In this document: positions 27,138 through 40,054 of the stretch, in pieces | How positions within the stretch are numbered: the first letter of the stretch is position 1 | How the letters are laid out: each line of letters opens with the position of its first letter | Source: Paraspadella gotoi | Taxonomy: Eukaryota; Animalia; Chaetognatha | Assembly (NCBI GenBank): GCA_051294375.1 | Contig: CM119266.1 | Span: 3,455,510-3,513,981 of the forward strand | Reading direction: 5' to 3' | Length of the DNA stretch: 58,472 bases | Translations under genes and position numbers: made by a program | The notes under the pieces: generated by a model | What the model saw: only the letters and a program-made list of their open reading frames with translations | Told to the model about the DNA's origin: nothing | The model's database searches: none

Positions 27138-28411
27138 CCTCTGCTCCTCCCAGGTTAGAAAATAAATCTTCCCTCAAAAAACTGGATTTATGCCCGAAAC
27201 TCGAAGCGAAGGAAGAAGAAGGGAGANNNNNNNNNNNNNNNNNNNNNNNNNNNNNNNNNNNNNNNNNNNNNNNNNNNNNNNNNNNNNNNNNNNNNNNNNN
27301 NNNNNNNNNNNNNNNNNNNNNNNNNNNNNNNNNNNNNNNNNNNNNNNNNNNNNNNNNNNNNNNNNNNNNNNNNNNNNNNNNNNNNNNNNNNNNNNNNNNN
27401 NNNNNNNNNNNNNNNNNNNNNNNNNNNNNNNNNNNNNNNNNNNNNNNNNNNNNNNNNNNNNNNNNNNNNNNNNNNNNNNNNNNNNNNNNNNNNNNNNNNN
27501 NNNNNNNNNNNNNNNNNNNNNNNNNNNNNNNNNNNNNNNNNNNNNNNNNNNNNNNNNNNNNNNNNNNNNNNNNNNNNNNNNNNNNNNNNNNNNNNNNNNN
27601 NNNNNNNNNNNNNNNNNNNNNNNNNNNNNNNNNNNNNNNNNNNNNNNNNNNNNNNNNNNNNNNNNNNNNNNNNNNNNNNNNNNNNNNNNNNNNNNNNNNN
27701 NNNNNNNNNNNNNNNNNNNNNNNNNNNNNNNNNNNNNNNNNNNNNNNNNNNNNNNNNNNNNNNNNNNNNNNNNNNNNNNNNNNNNNNNNNNNNNNNNNNN
27801 NNNNNNNNNNNNNNNNNNNNNNNNNNNNNNNNNNNNNNNNNNNNNNNNNNNNNNNNNNNNNNNNNNNNNNNNNNNNNNNNNNNNNNNNNNNNNNNCTTCT
27901 TCTTCTTCTTCTTCTTCTTCTTCTTCTTCTTCATTCTACTCCTCTTCCTCTTGCTTCTCCTTCTTCGCCTCTTTCTCATTGGATCTCTAAAAACACATGT
28001 TTCAGACGCCGGTGCCTTTTTCCGTAACTAATTAGACTTTCTTTTCTTACTTTATTCAAGAAAGACAGAAAAGCAGACAGAGTCAGGGCTGAAGCCGTGA
28101 CTTAAAAGAGTAAGATGAGATTAACTGTAAAGACAATTTCACGATGAGTATGACATTATGACAATGGTGACGAAGCGGTTGTAGTTGTTGTTGAAGATGA
28201 CAATGACGATAAGAAACAATAATGATGATGAAAATGATGACAATAATGCTGATGCTGTTAACAATGACAATGATGAAAAATGATGAAGAATGATGATGAT
28301 GATGACGATGACGATGATGATGATGATGTTGTCAAGGTTGTTAACCGCTCGAACCGGGGAAGGTTGTAATAAATGGGCGGCGAAGTCTCTTCGTCGTTGA
28401 TATATCGCGAG

Positions 28412-28543
<132 letters not shown>

Positions 28544-29086
28544 TCAGGAGAAGTTGATCACTTTAAACCAACAGAAAATTCTCGTATTTATTTAGGGTAA
28601 TTTTAACGAATGACTTTTATAACTATTGACAAATTACAATGGCTATGATTACGTCAAAATTATTTTTTTCTATAATTAAAATATGCACCGGATATTAAAA
28701 TATTTTCATTATTTGTTACCTTATATGAAGTTTAAAAAAATAAAACGACCAAAATTTTGACGAAAAAGTCAGAATGAACAAATCATAAAAATGTAATAAA
28801 TTTCAAAATATTTTATTTTTCGAGATAAGAGAAAATTCAAAACTAAGAAAAACTGCGTAATTCGTTCATGTGTGAGAACCAAAAAAAAACATAATATCTG
28901 CATTGACATATATATGTATTTAAACAAAACAAAACTAATAAAAAAACCAAACTGAGAAAAAATGAGGTTGAAAAATTAAAGAGAAAAAACATAAAAATCA
29001 ATCTAATTAATTAATCAATTAACGATTAAGGGAAAAAACGTGATTATAAAATACAGCCCACATCTCGACCCCTCTCTTTAACTCAC

Positions 29087-29327
29087 CCGCTGGAAAGAAA
29101 AGCGAAGGCTTCGTTCCTCTGCAGATTCTGGGTGAGGCTTGGATGGAACCCCGCCCAAAGATCCGTCACCGGCGGCAGCAGCGGCGTCGTGGGCGTGGCG
29201 GCCGCGGCGCCACCGCTCGTCGGCGCCGACACGGAGGCCGCGGCGGCGGCGGCTGCAGCGGCGGCGGCGGCGGCGAAGTGAGGGAAGCCCGAAGCCGCGG
29301 CGGCGGCATAGTAAGCGGTAAGGCCCG
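29087..29327 (-). CDS. Internal coding exon of an unidentified poly-Ala-rich, transcription-factor-like protein
   Basis: GC-rich 241 bp island bounded by acceptor ttttctcgacattCAG and donor GG|GTGAGT. The open frame (2+237+2 nt) gives GLTAYYAAAAASGFPHF-A13-SVSAPTSGGAAAATPTTPLLPPVTDLWAGFHPSLTQNLQRNEAFAFLSS(G). No DNA-binding domain is visible. Confidence 0.65.
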
Positions 29328-29629
29328 CTGAATGTCGAGAAAATGATTGATTGATTGATTAATTCCATTCTTTTTTTTATCCATCGCATCATTCATTCAT
29401 TTATTCATTCATTTATTCATTCATTAATCATTGCATTCATTCATGCATTTATCAATGTATTTATTCGTTCAGTCAGTCTTTCATGCATTAATTCATTCAT
29501 TCGTTCATTCATATTTTTTTTTACTTTTTCACTTTTATCTCGAATTCTTTATAGTTTAATTCAAAGAAAATTGACGACAAATAACATTTTTCAAGGAAAA
29601 ACTTCTCGGTGTTTGACGGAAGAAACTGG

Positions 29630-29699
<70 letters not shown>

Positions 29700-30360
29700 T
29701 CCTCGTCTCTATCTCTCCGCTTCTTCGTAATCCGTATAATAATTGGTTGGAAATTTTAACCTTAAATTTCCGTCATATGATCTGTTTTCTTCGATACATC
29801 TTGGTCTGTTGCTTCCTGTCTCGTTTCCAGTCTTGTTTTCTTGGATGTTTCGTTGCTTTATGGCTTCTTATCTTCCTTCCTTCCTTTTTTTCTTCTTACT
29901 TTGTTACTTGCTTTTTTTTATCCTTTGGTTCAGAGCTACATATTTATTTCTTAAGCCAACAATCTTTCGATTCTATGACTATGAAGTTTCACCATAATTT
30001 TTTATGAGGAAAAAAAAAGAAAAAGAAAATTTTGATTCGAAACAGAAGGAAAAGATTTCTCTCCCCTTCCTACTCTTCCTCCTCCTCCTCATTCTCATCC
30101 CTTCTCCTCCTCCTCCTCCCTTCCTCTTCCCCCTCCTCCTAATTCTCCTCCTCCTCTTCCTCCACCCCTTCCCTCCTACGAGGAGAAAAATCTGGAGATA
30201 ATTTCCCGAATCTCGAATTCATTGACACCTTCGCTCCTACGTGTTACTCGATCACGTCTTCATATTCCTTTACCCCAGACTTCGCTCCCCCATATTTCTA
30301 TTCTTCCGCTCCTACATATTCCTATTCCTCGCTCCTACATAATCCTATTCCCCGCTCATA

Positions 30361-30985
30361 CTATCTAGGAAAAAAGTATATCACATTTTTAATGAAGGAT
30401 ATCTACTCGAAAACTTTTTTGATTTAAAAAAAATCAGAATGTTTTCGAATCTACATTAAATTTCCTTAAATTTCCTCCCATTTTTTATAGGTCACATTGT
30501 TTATAAGTTACATTGCTTGTGAAATATTTGTCAATAAATTACACCCTTGGTTTCATGTTGAAATCTCTGTCTACTTACATGTTATATTGTTACTTTAAAT
30601 GAAAAAAAATCATATTTAGTTTTCTACTATTTTTGGTATTTAATTATGTGTTTTTATTTTAAATAGAGTTAATTATTTTTTTTTTTAATTTGAAAATGCT
30701 AAAGGCCTTGCACCTTTTTTTGGTTAAAAAAAGTGTTATTATAGCTCTCAGAAAAGAGGGAAAGATGGGCAACATTAATAACGGAGCTAAAAAGAATTGG
30801 GTTAAAGATGTGGAAAAACATTTCACTATCATACCTCAATTTCCTGTATGAGAGCAAGCCCAGACAAATGCAAGCAGTAATCGATGCCAAGGAAGGGTAT
30901 ACCAAATATAAAAAATGTTTTACCCATGTTTTGTATACTTTTTATTGCATAAATGAATTATGTGATATACTTTTTTCCTAGATAG
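30361..30985 (+). mobile_element. Non-autonomous Tc1/mariner element (internal-deletion derivative, 625 bp)
   Basis: Perfect 25 bp TIRs CTATCTAGGAAAAAAGTATATCACA with TA on both sides. It retains a Tc1-type transposase C-terminus (30808-30909, MWKNISLSYLNFLYESKPRQMQAVIDAKEGYTKY; cf. the S.PRR..AVI.AKGG.TKY ending) and a likely N-terminal stub (~30696-30762, ...KKSVIIALRKEG). Confidence 0.9.
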
Positions 30986-31770
30986 TACATAATCCTATTC
31001 CCACCTCGTTCCCGGATGTAACTTATCTCCACTCAATCCCAACCCGCTCTTTTCTCTCTTCCCACCCGAAAATCCTTTCCTCTCAATTCCGCGGAGAATT
31101 AATTTTCTCACTCGAAAATATCTGCGTTCGGGTATCGCACCCTGTACTGAACCTGGTANNNNNNNNNNNNNNNNNNNNNNNNNNNNNNNNNNNNNNNNNN
31201 NNNNNNNNNNNNNNNNNNNNNNNNNNNNNNNNNNNNNNNNNNNNNNNNNNNNNNNNNNNNNNNNNNNNNNNNNNNNNNNNNNNNNNNNNNNNNNNNNNNN
31301 NNNNNNNNNNNNNNNNNNNNNNNNNNNNNNNNNNNNNNNNNNNNNNNNNNNNNNNNNNNNNNNNNNNNNNNNNNNNNNNNNNNNNNNNNNNNNNNNNNNN
31401 NNNNNNNNNNNNNNNNNNNNNNNNNNNNNNNNNNNNNNNNNNNNNNNNNNNNNNNNNNNNNNNNNNNNNNNNNNNNNNNNNNNNNNNNNNNNNNNNNNNN
31501 NNNNNNNNNNNNNNNNNNNNNNNNNNNNNNNNNNNNNNNNNNNNNNNNNNNNNNNNNNNNNNNNNNNNNNNNNNNNNNNNNNNNNNNNNNNNNNNNNNNN
31601 NNNNNNNNNNNNNNNNNNNNNNNNNNNNNNNNNNNNNNNNNNNNNNNNNNNNNNNNNNNNNNNNNNNNNNNNNNNNNNNNNNNNNNNNNNNNNNNNNNNN
31701 NNNNNNNNNNNNNNNNNNNNNNNNNNNNNNNNNNNNNNNNNNNNNNNNNNNNNNNNNNNNNACGGAAAGA

Positions 31771-31865
<95 letters not shown>

Positions 31866-33858
31866 GGGACACCTGTGATCAATGTTTTTCTTGATAAAAT
31901 TCAAAACCTACGGGATTCTTATTTTTTTGATCGATTCTTGTTTGTGAATTTCTCTTTTCTACAGGGATGGGACCCTATATCGAGACAAAACTTAACGTCC
32001 TGCCCTGTCTGAACGATTTGATAAACAATAATAAAATGAGTGGCAAAAGTTTTTTTGGGTTTTTTACTTTTATATGCAATGAAACAAAATTAATTTTTAA
32101 GCAACTACAAGGCGTCGTGGATGTTTTCAAAACATTTAGTCATTTTCAAGCGCGCGCATTGTATTGAATACAATAAAAGCTATACCATAAGTACAAGCTT
32201 TTCATCACTATACAAATTAAACTTATTTCATTTTTTTTCAGGTAAATAAGACAAAATTTTAGGAAGATTANNNNNNNNNNNNNNNNNNNNNNNNNNNNNN
32301 NNNNNNNNNNNNNNNNNNNNNNNNNNNNNNNNNNNNNNNNNNNNNNNNNNNNNNNNNNNNNNNNNNNNNNNNNNNNNNNNNNNNNNNNNNNNNNNNNNNN
32401 NNNNNNNNNNNNNNNNNNNNNNNNNNNNNNNNNNNNNNNNTACATGATAAATTTAATTATCTGACAATATCGTTAATAAAAATTAAACTATAACTTACGC
32501 AAACCTTACCTGCTTACTTTAAATTTTTTTAATCAAAATACCATGTATAACTTGCCAGACGCATTATTATACTACAAATAAGTACTTCCAAAAATAATTT
32601 TAATATTTATGTATTCGAATGAGATTTAACAATAAGTATTCAAACATTTTTCTTCCAAACCGCGCGGAGAAAACCGAGCAGTTGCCTTTTCTGCATTAAA
32701 TAAAGCATAATATCAAAGAATTTCAAAACAATTAATATCGTAAAAAAGCTAAGAGAGTATACTATACGAATATTTATTCAGATTTTAAAAATCATTAAGA
32801 GCTTTAGAGTAATGATTTTTTTCAATTTTGTCTAGATTAAGAGTCCCACTCCTGTATTTCGCCGTCATCGTCGTCGTCGTCGTCGTCATGGTTGTCGTAA
32901 TCCTTAATCAATTAACCAAATTTGACCAGAACGAAACGGACGTTTTGAATTCAATTTTGTTCTGTTAAATTAATGTAGGAAATGATTTTGCACTGTCAAG
33001 TACAATTTAGCAGTAAATACAACTACAACTCAAATACTACAATTTTTAAAGAAAGAAATTCCTAAAATACGTTTGTTGTTGTCGTTGTTGTCGGGTTCTT
33101 TAGGTACAGTCCGTTCCGAGTTAATTAACTTATTTATTCAAAAGAAATATAATAATCGGTATAAATTGACTAAATAGAAAACAGAAAAACAAGAAAAGAA
33201 AAAGTGAAGAGAGAAAAATAAAGAGAGAAATGAAAAAAAGAGAAGAGAAAAAGAGAAGAGAGAAAAAAATAGAAGAGAAAAAGAGAAGTGAGAGCAGATT
33301 TTTTTCCTTCTTTATTCTCAACCGTAAAACCGTCCAGAGTTTTAACGTAAAAACGACAAAAGAGTTAGACAGGACAATGAAAAAGAGAAACACGCCACCT
33401 TTCGGAGAGAGAGAGAGAGAGAGAGAGAGAGANNNNNNNNNNNNNNNNNNNNNNNNNNNNNNNNNNNNNNNNNNNNNNNNNNNNNNNNNNNNNNNNNNNN
33501 NNNNNNNNNNNNNNNNNNNNNNNNNNNNNNNNNNNNNNNNNNNNNNNNNNNNNNNNNNNNNNNNNNNNNNNNNNNNNNNNNNNNNNNNNNNNNNNNNNNN
33601 NNNNNNNNNNNNNNNNNNNNNNNNNNNNNNNNNNNNNNNNNNNNNNNNNNNNNNNNNNNNNNNNNNNNNNNNNNNNNNNNNNNNNNNNNNNNNNNNNNNN
33701 NNNNNNNNNNNNNNNNNNNNNNNNNNNNNNNNNNNNNNNNNNNNNNNNNNNNNNNNNNNNNNNNNNNNNNNNNNNNNNNNNNNNNNNNNNNNNNNNNNNN
33801 NNNNNNNNNNNNNNNNNNNNNNNNNNNNNNNNNNNNNNNNNNNNNNNNNNNNNNNNNN

Positions 33859-33893
<35 letters not shown>

Positions 33894-36122
33894 AATTTTA
33901 TATCCGCGGAATAATGGGTGTCAACAAAATGTTGGTTTACGATTGACGATTATCGAACCAACGGAAAAAAACTCCTTTTTTTTGTGATTCTGATAATTTT
34001 CTAAATCTATTTTCAACTGGTGAGTAATAGATCTAGTTAATTAATTAATCAATTTGAAAACTTTAAATTCATTTTTACTTAATAATACGCAATTTCTATT
34101 TCTCGAGAATAGCAAAATTGCCTCAAGGGTTTTAAGCACTAATATGGTAGACAATATCACCAATTTTTTTATACTTTTATTACTAACAGAGAGGAAAAGA
34201 AATTTTGCTAAAATTATACTAAAAAGGCGTCTTTCGTGAAAATTTAAAAGAGATAGTAATTAAAGATTTTACTATCTCAAAACAGTCAGAGATAGATAGA
34301 GAAAGAGAGATGAGACAGACAAACACAGACAAAGAGAGACTGAGACAGAGAGGTAGAGAGAGAGAGAAGGAGAAAGAGAGACTGAGACAGAGAGACACAG
34401 ACAGAGAGAGAAAAAGAAAGAGAGACTGAGACAGAGAGAGATTTAGTAAATTAGTATCGCGGATTCACAGTCACGAACTTAATTTGTATAAGTGATTAAA
34501 CTTTAAGGTTGAAATATAAAAAAAAATAAAATCAACCAAACACATTTGAAGAAAAAAAATTGAATGCTACTTTGTTTCGTTCTCTCGTTTTATCTTAAGT
34601 TTGTTTGTTCGTTTAGTTTGATAAGTTAGTCTGTAACAGAGACTCTTTCTCTCTCTTTCTCTCTCTTTCTCTCTCTCTCTCTNNNNNNNNNNNNNNNNNN
34701 NNNNNNNNNNNNNNNNNNNNNNNNNNNNNNNNNNNNNNNNNNNNNNNNNNNNNNNNNNNNNNNNNNNNNNNNNNNNNNNNNNNNNNNNNNNNNNNNNNNN
34801 NNNNNNNNNNNNNNNNNNNNNTCGATGATTTTTTAAGTGAGGATCAGATTTATGATACTGAAAATGAGTCATACAGGAGAAAAGTTTCTTAATCTATTAC
34901 TTCACAAAAAATAATATTAAATAATNNNNNNNNNNNNNNNNNNNNNNNNNNNNNNNNNNNNNNNNNNNNNNNNNNNNNNNNNNNNNNNNNNNNNNNNNNN
35001 NNNNNNNNNNNNNNNNNNNNNNNNNNNNNNNNNNNNNNNNNNNNNNNNNNNNNNNNNNNNNNNNNNNNNNNNNNNNNNNNNNNNNNNNNNNNNNNNNNNN
35101 NNNNNNNNNNNNNNNNNNNNNNNNNNNNNNNNNNNNNNNNNNNNNNNNNNNNNNNNNNNNNNNNNNNNNNNNNNNNNNNNNNNNNNNNNNNNNNNNNNNN
35201 NNNNNNNNNNNNNNGCTCCAAGAAACCGAAACCCGCGATTTTCTTTTTAGAAGCCGAAATTGTTGTTGTTGTTGTTGTTTTTATTGCCAATGTGTTAATT
35301 TTTTCGTCATTGATATTTTTGTTTTAATCGTTTAGTTTGTTTTGTTTTATTTGTTATCGTATTTTAGAACTCTTTGTCGTTATTGTTGTCATTGTTTGGA
35401 TAAATCTATTTCAAATTTGAATTAAATTTCNNNNNNNNNNNNNNNNNNNNNNNNNNNNNNNNNNNNNNNNNNNNNNNNNNNNNNNNNNNNNNNNNNNNNN
35501 NNNNNNNNNNNNNNNNNNNNNNNNNNNNNNNNNNNNNNNNNNNNNNNNNNNNNNNNNNNNNNNNNNNNNNNNNNNNNNNNNNNNNNNNNNNNNNNNNNNN
35601 NNNNNNNNNNNNNNNNNNNNNNNNNNNNNNNNNNNNNNNNNNNNNNNNNNNNNNNNNNNNNNNCGATCGCGTCCTTCACATCCTTCCTTTCTTTACCTTT
35701 TGTTTTTTGAAGATTATCCCGTTTGGCGTCGCCTCGGTATTTTGAGCTTTTGTTTGTTTTTTTTTAAATTCAAGTTTTAAAACATTCAGAATTTTTTACT
35801 TTTTTCGATTATGTTTTCATTTTTATTTTTTTGTTGAAGTTAACTTAAAAAGTTCCACGATTTGTTTGTTCAGATTCATTTTAGAACTCACTGGAGGGAA
35901 AACAAAGAATGACGATAATGATGATGATTACAAAGATGATGATGATGATAGTGATGATGATAAGAATAATGATGACGATGATGATGATGACGATGTCGAT
36001 GATAATAATTTGATGGTAATGGTAATGGTAATGATAATGGTAATGATAATGGTAAGGCTTTTTTTCTCTAGATTCATTAAAAATTGAGTTCACGATTTTA
36101 GACACCGCAAACTTTCTAACTT

Positions 36123-36168
<46 letters not shown>

Positions 36169-36525
36169 GTTTTTTTTCTTTCTCTGGCTTAGCTATATTT
36201 TTATATCAAATTCAAAGCTAATTTCGTGGTAGCGACAGTAAAAAAGTTGATATCAGATACATGAACAATAAAAAAACTAAACGTGGAATAAAAACCCCGC
36301 AAAAATGCATTGCTTCGTAAAAACGAAATAGACGGCAGGTGTGGATAAAACTGGTTTTTGTAATCGTCTTGTTAATTTTCATGACTGGAAAGGAAAGAGA
36401 AAGAAAGAATAAAAGAATTAAACAAAAATACGGAAATAAAATTTGAGTTTTTTTGGTAAATATTCGTGTAAATGGTTAGAATGAGCTGATACTGTGGTCA
36501 AAATTGTATAAGTTATAAGAGAGAG

Positions 36526-36562
<37 letters not shown>

Positions 36563-37866
36563 AAAGCTTCCAACATAGATTTGAGGGAAAGGTAAGTGAG
36601 AGGGTGAGGACAGCTGAAGTTTAACTCAGACTGAGGGACAGAGTCAGAGGTGAAAAGAAATGAAAGGTCAGACAAAGGGAATAACCGAGGTAATAAATAA
36701 ATAATTTATATTTAAACAATGTCTAACCAATTTTAAATGAGAAATAAATGCTAAAACAATCAGAAACTAGAACTAATTGTGAAATATAATGAAATTGAAA
36801 TTGAAAACTAACAAAGTTATATACGTAAATCTATATTGAAAACTAAAACCTTTCGCTCTCTGAGAACAGAATTGTCAATTATCTTCGGAGGTAAACTAAT
36901 TTTAAATCTTCCGACTTATAATATTTATGGAGAAACTGCAACAGACCTTTTGTCTTTTAGTCTCAAATTTATTTCCTTTTTTTTCTCGGAGAATTAATTC
37001 CTCGCTTCTCAACCCCTTCTGTCTCATTCTCCCCACACAGAGACTTGGCGTCTTTAACTCCTCCCGCTGTGTGGGGGGGGGTAAATGTCACTGTTCATTT
37101 ACTAAATTATTCTCTTTTTTTTTAAATTTTTTAATTGATCGAAAGAAAACAAAAAAGGCCTTTGCTTTGTACACTTGCACCAAAGCACTCTTTGGATATT
37201 TTAAATAATGTATTAGTTTCAATGATTTGCTATTTAGGACTAAATTTATTTATTTTTTTTAGTAGAATGTCAGATAGTTCTAGTGCAGCCTCACTGCATT
37301 TTATAAAATTAAAAGTAATACACAAACGTCTTAAAAATACGAAGCGACTGTAGCAACTTAATCAATTAAAATTTGGAAAGAAGAGAAGCAAAGGGGGCGG
37401 AAGGGGGGCGGAAGGGGGGTGGAAGGGGGGCGGAAGGGGGGAGGTCAGTCATATTTTATCTCCACTACAGTTTCTTTTTTCCCCCAAATTCGATTCTTTG
37501 GAGAAGATTTATGCGATTCGCTTAGCTCTGTCTCTCTCTCTCTCTCTNNNNNNNNNNNNNNNNNNNNNNNNNNNNNNNNNNNNNNNNNNNNNNNNNNNNN
37601 NNNNNNNNNNNNNNNNNNNNNNNNNNNNNNNNNNNNNNNNNNNNNNNNNNNNNNNNNNNNNNNNNNNNNNNNNNNNNNNNNNNNNNNNNNNNNNNNNNNN
37701 NNNNNNNNNNNNNNNNNNNNNNNNNNNNNNNNNNNNNNNNNNNNNNNNNNNNNNNNNNNNNNNNNNNNNNNNNNNNNNNNNNNNNNNNNNNNNNNNNNNN
37801 NNNNNNNNNNNNNNNNNNNNNNNNNNNNNNNNNNNNNNNNNNNNNNNNNNNNNNNNNNNNNNNNNN

Positions 37867-37903
<37 letters not shown>

Positions 37904-38914
37904 CTTCATCAAATTCCTAGTTTTCTAAAGGAGAATCTCGTGATTTTTTCCGTCGTTCAACTCGAAGTGGTTGTTTTTCCCGCGCGTCGTGGTGGTCGCC
38001 GTGGTGGTCGTCGTGGTGGTCGCCGTGGTGGTCGTCGTTCTCGTCGTCGTTTTCATCCTCCAAAAATTCTCCTCTTCCTTTTTTTCGGTTTTAATTTTTA
38101 AAACAAAAAACAAACAAAAATATGAACGAAATTCAATTGTAATTAAGTAAATTATAAAATTGAATAAGAATTTGTCTTCCTCGAAAATTAAGGAAGAAGT
38201 AGTTGAAGAGTGAAATTATTTTCCCGCCGTGAATCTCCCCCGAGAAAGAGTTTCATCACGTGACGATGTTCACCACGGAACAGAGAAATTCACACATCTC
38301 CGTTGGACATTTTCACGAGTCGCGCTCGAGTCAACATATTTTTCCGATTCAAAGTGAACTTTTTAGTTTAGTTTTAAACTTTTCTGAGATTTTTCAACAT
38401 TTAAATCCGTTAAAATCGTTCACACACAAACAAATTAATTCGCTTCATATTTTCCTTAATTTTGTGGTCGTCGTCGTCGTCGTCGTCGTTTCGAAAAAAA
38501 TATGAAGAAAGAGAAGAAGAAAGTTTTATTTTAATCCGAAAAAAAAAGAAATAAATTTTCACGGAATCGAAAATTTGAATCGAAAAAATGAAGTTTGAAG
38601 TCGATTTTTTCTGATTCAATCTACAGCGAGAAACGATTATGACGCAAAAAAACTTTCCGTCCGGATTAAATTTCTAGTCTTTTTCGATTTTAACCGCAGA
38701 GGAGAGTACTTCGATAACGGGGTAGAATTGTAAAGGCGGGTTTTTCGTCGTAATCAGATTTTTACTGTAGCGAATCGGGATTAAACAAAAAATCTCCACG
38801 CTGCGTATGATGATGATGTTGCGAGAGCGGGTTCGTCCTTGTGTGGTCCTGTCATGGAGAGAGAGAGAGAGAGAGACGAGAGAGAGAGAGAGAGAGAGAA
38901 GAGAGAGAGGAGAG

Positions 38915-38945
<31 letters not shown>

Positions 38946-39112
38946 CAGAGAGAGAGAATAAACCTTCGGGTGCGGCGGGCGTTCTACCAAAGAGGAGGAT
39001 GGATAAGGTTTTCGAGAGATTCGAGTGCCGTGGCCACCTAGAAGATTTCCGGTGGGTCCCGCGGCCGCGCGGATGAACTTTGGGTTTAAAATAAAAAATA
39101 AAAGAGGAATTT

Positions 39113-39169
<57 letters not shown>

Positions 39170-39698
39170 AGAGAAGAAAAATATGGGATGGAGAAAGTAG
39201 TGAAAGAAAAAAAGAGAGATAAAGTACAAAAGGGAGAGAACTTCGCCTTTGTTTGAAAAATTGAGATTATGACTTATCAAGAGAGAGAGAGAGAGGAGAG
39301 GACGTGAGAGACACCCGCGATTATGATAGACGCTGGAGAAAGAGAGAGAGAGAGAGAGAGAAAGTAGAGAGAGAGAGACGAGCGAGAGAGTAGAGGAGAG
39401 TGGAATACTAAAATTCGAACGGAGTTAATATTTTATTATTTCTTTTTGGAATAAAAAGTTACGCGCGCCTGGAACGAGCTAGCACGAATTTTGATATGGC
39501 CCGCGTTCGATCACCGGCGCCGTCATGTGTCGTGCAATGGGTTGATTTAGTTAAGCACATAATTCGAAGAAAAGCTAATTAGGGAAAATATAAAGAAGAA
39601 AAAAGCCTGATAGATGGAATAATGAAAAGTTGAGAAGGGAAAAATGTTAAAGAAGAAAGTAAAATGAAACCAATAATAATTCTGTCAAGTGCAAAAAA

Positions 39699-40022
39699 CT
39701 CTTAAAAGCATAAGGAATCGAGCCTATCTTTTGATGATAACCAGAATATTGATGCGAATGATAACAAATCATTGATGTGATGATAACCATAATATTGATG
39801 CGATGATAACCAATAATTGATGCGATGATAATTAAAAATAACTGATGTGACTATAATCAACATGATTGATGCGATGATAGTCATTCATTGATGTGATGAT
39901 AATCATGTCATTGATATGATGAATAATCATTCATTGAATGCCGATCGAATAGTCATTCATTGACGCGATGAGTCATTCATCGTAAATAAACACAACACAA
40001 TGCGTGTATCGAATAAAGAGAG

Positions 40023-40054
<32 letters not shown>

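Noticed and set aside
39495-39525. tRNA/SINE B-box-like GTTCGATCACCGG; also a faint tRNA-like head on the minus strand at ~235-315
   Set aside because: No cloverleaf or properly spaced A-box can be supported, and the first site lies in noisy sequence.
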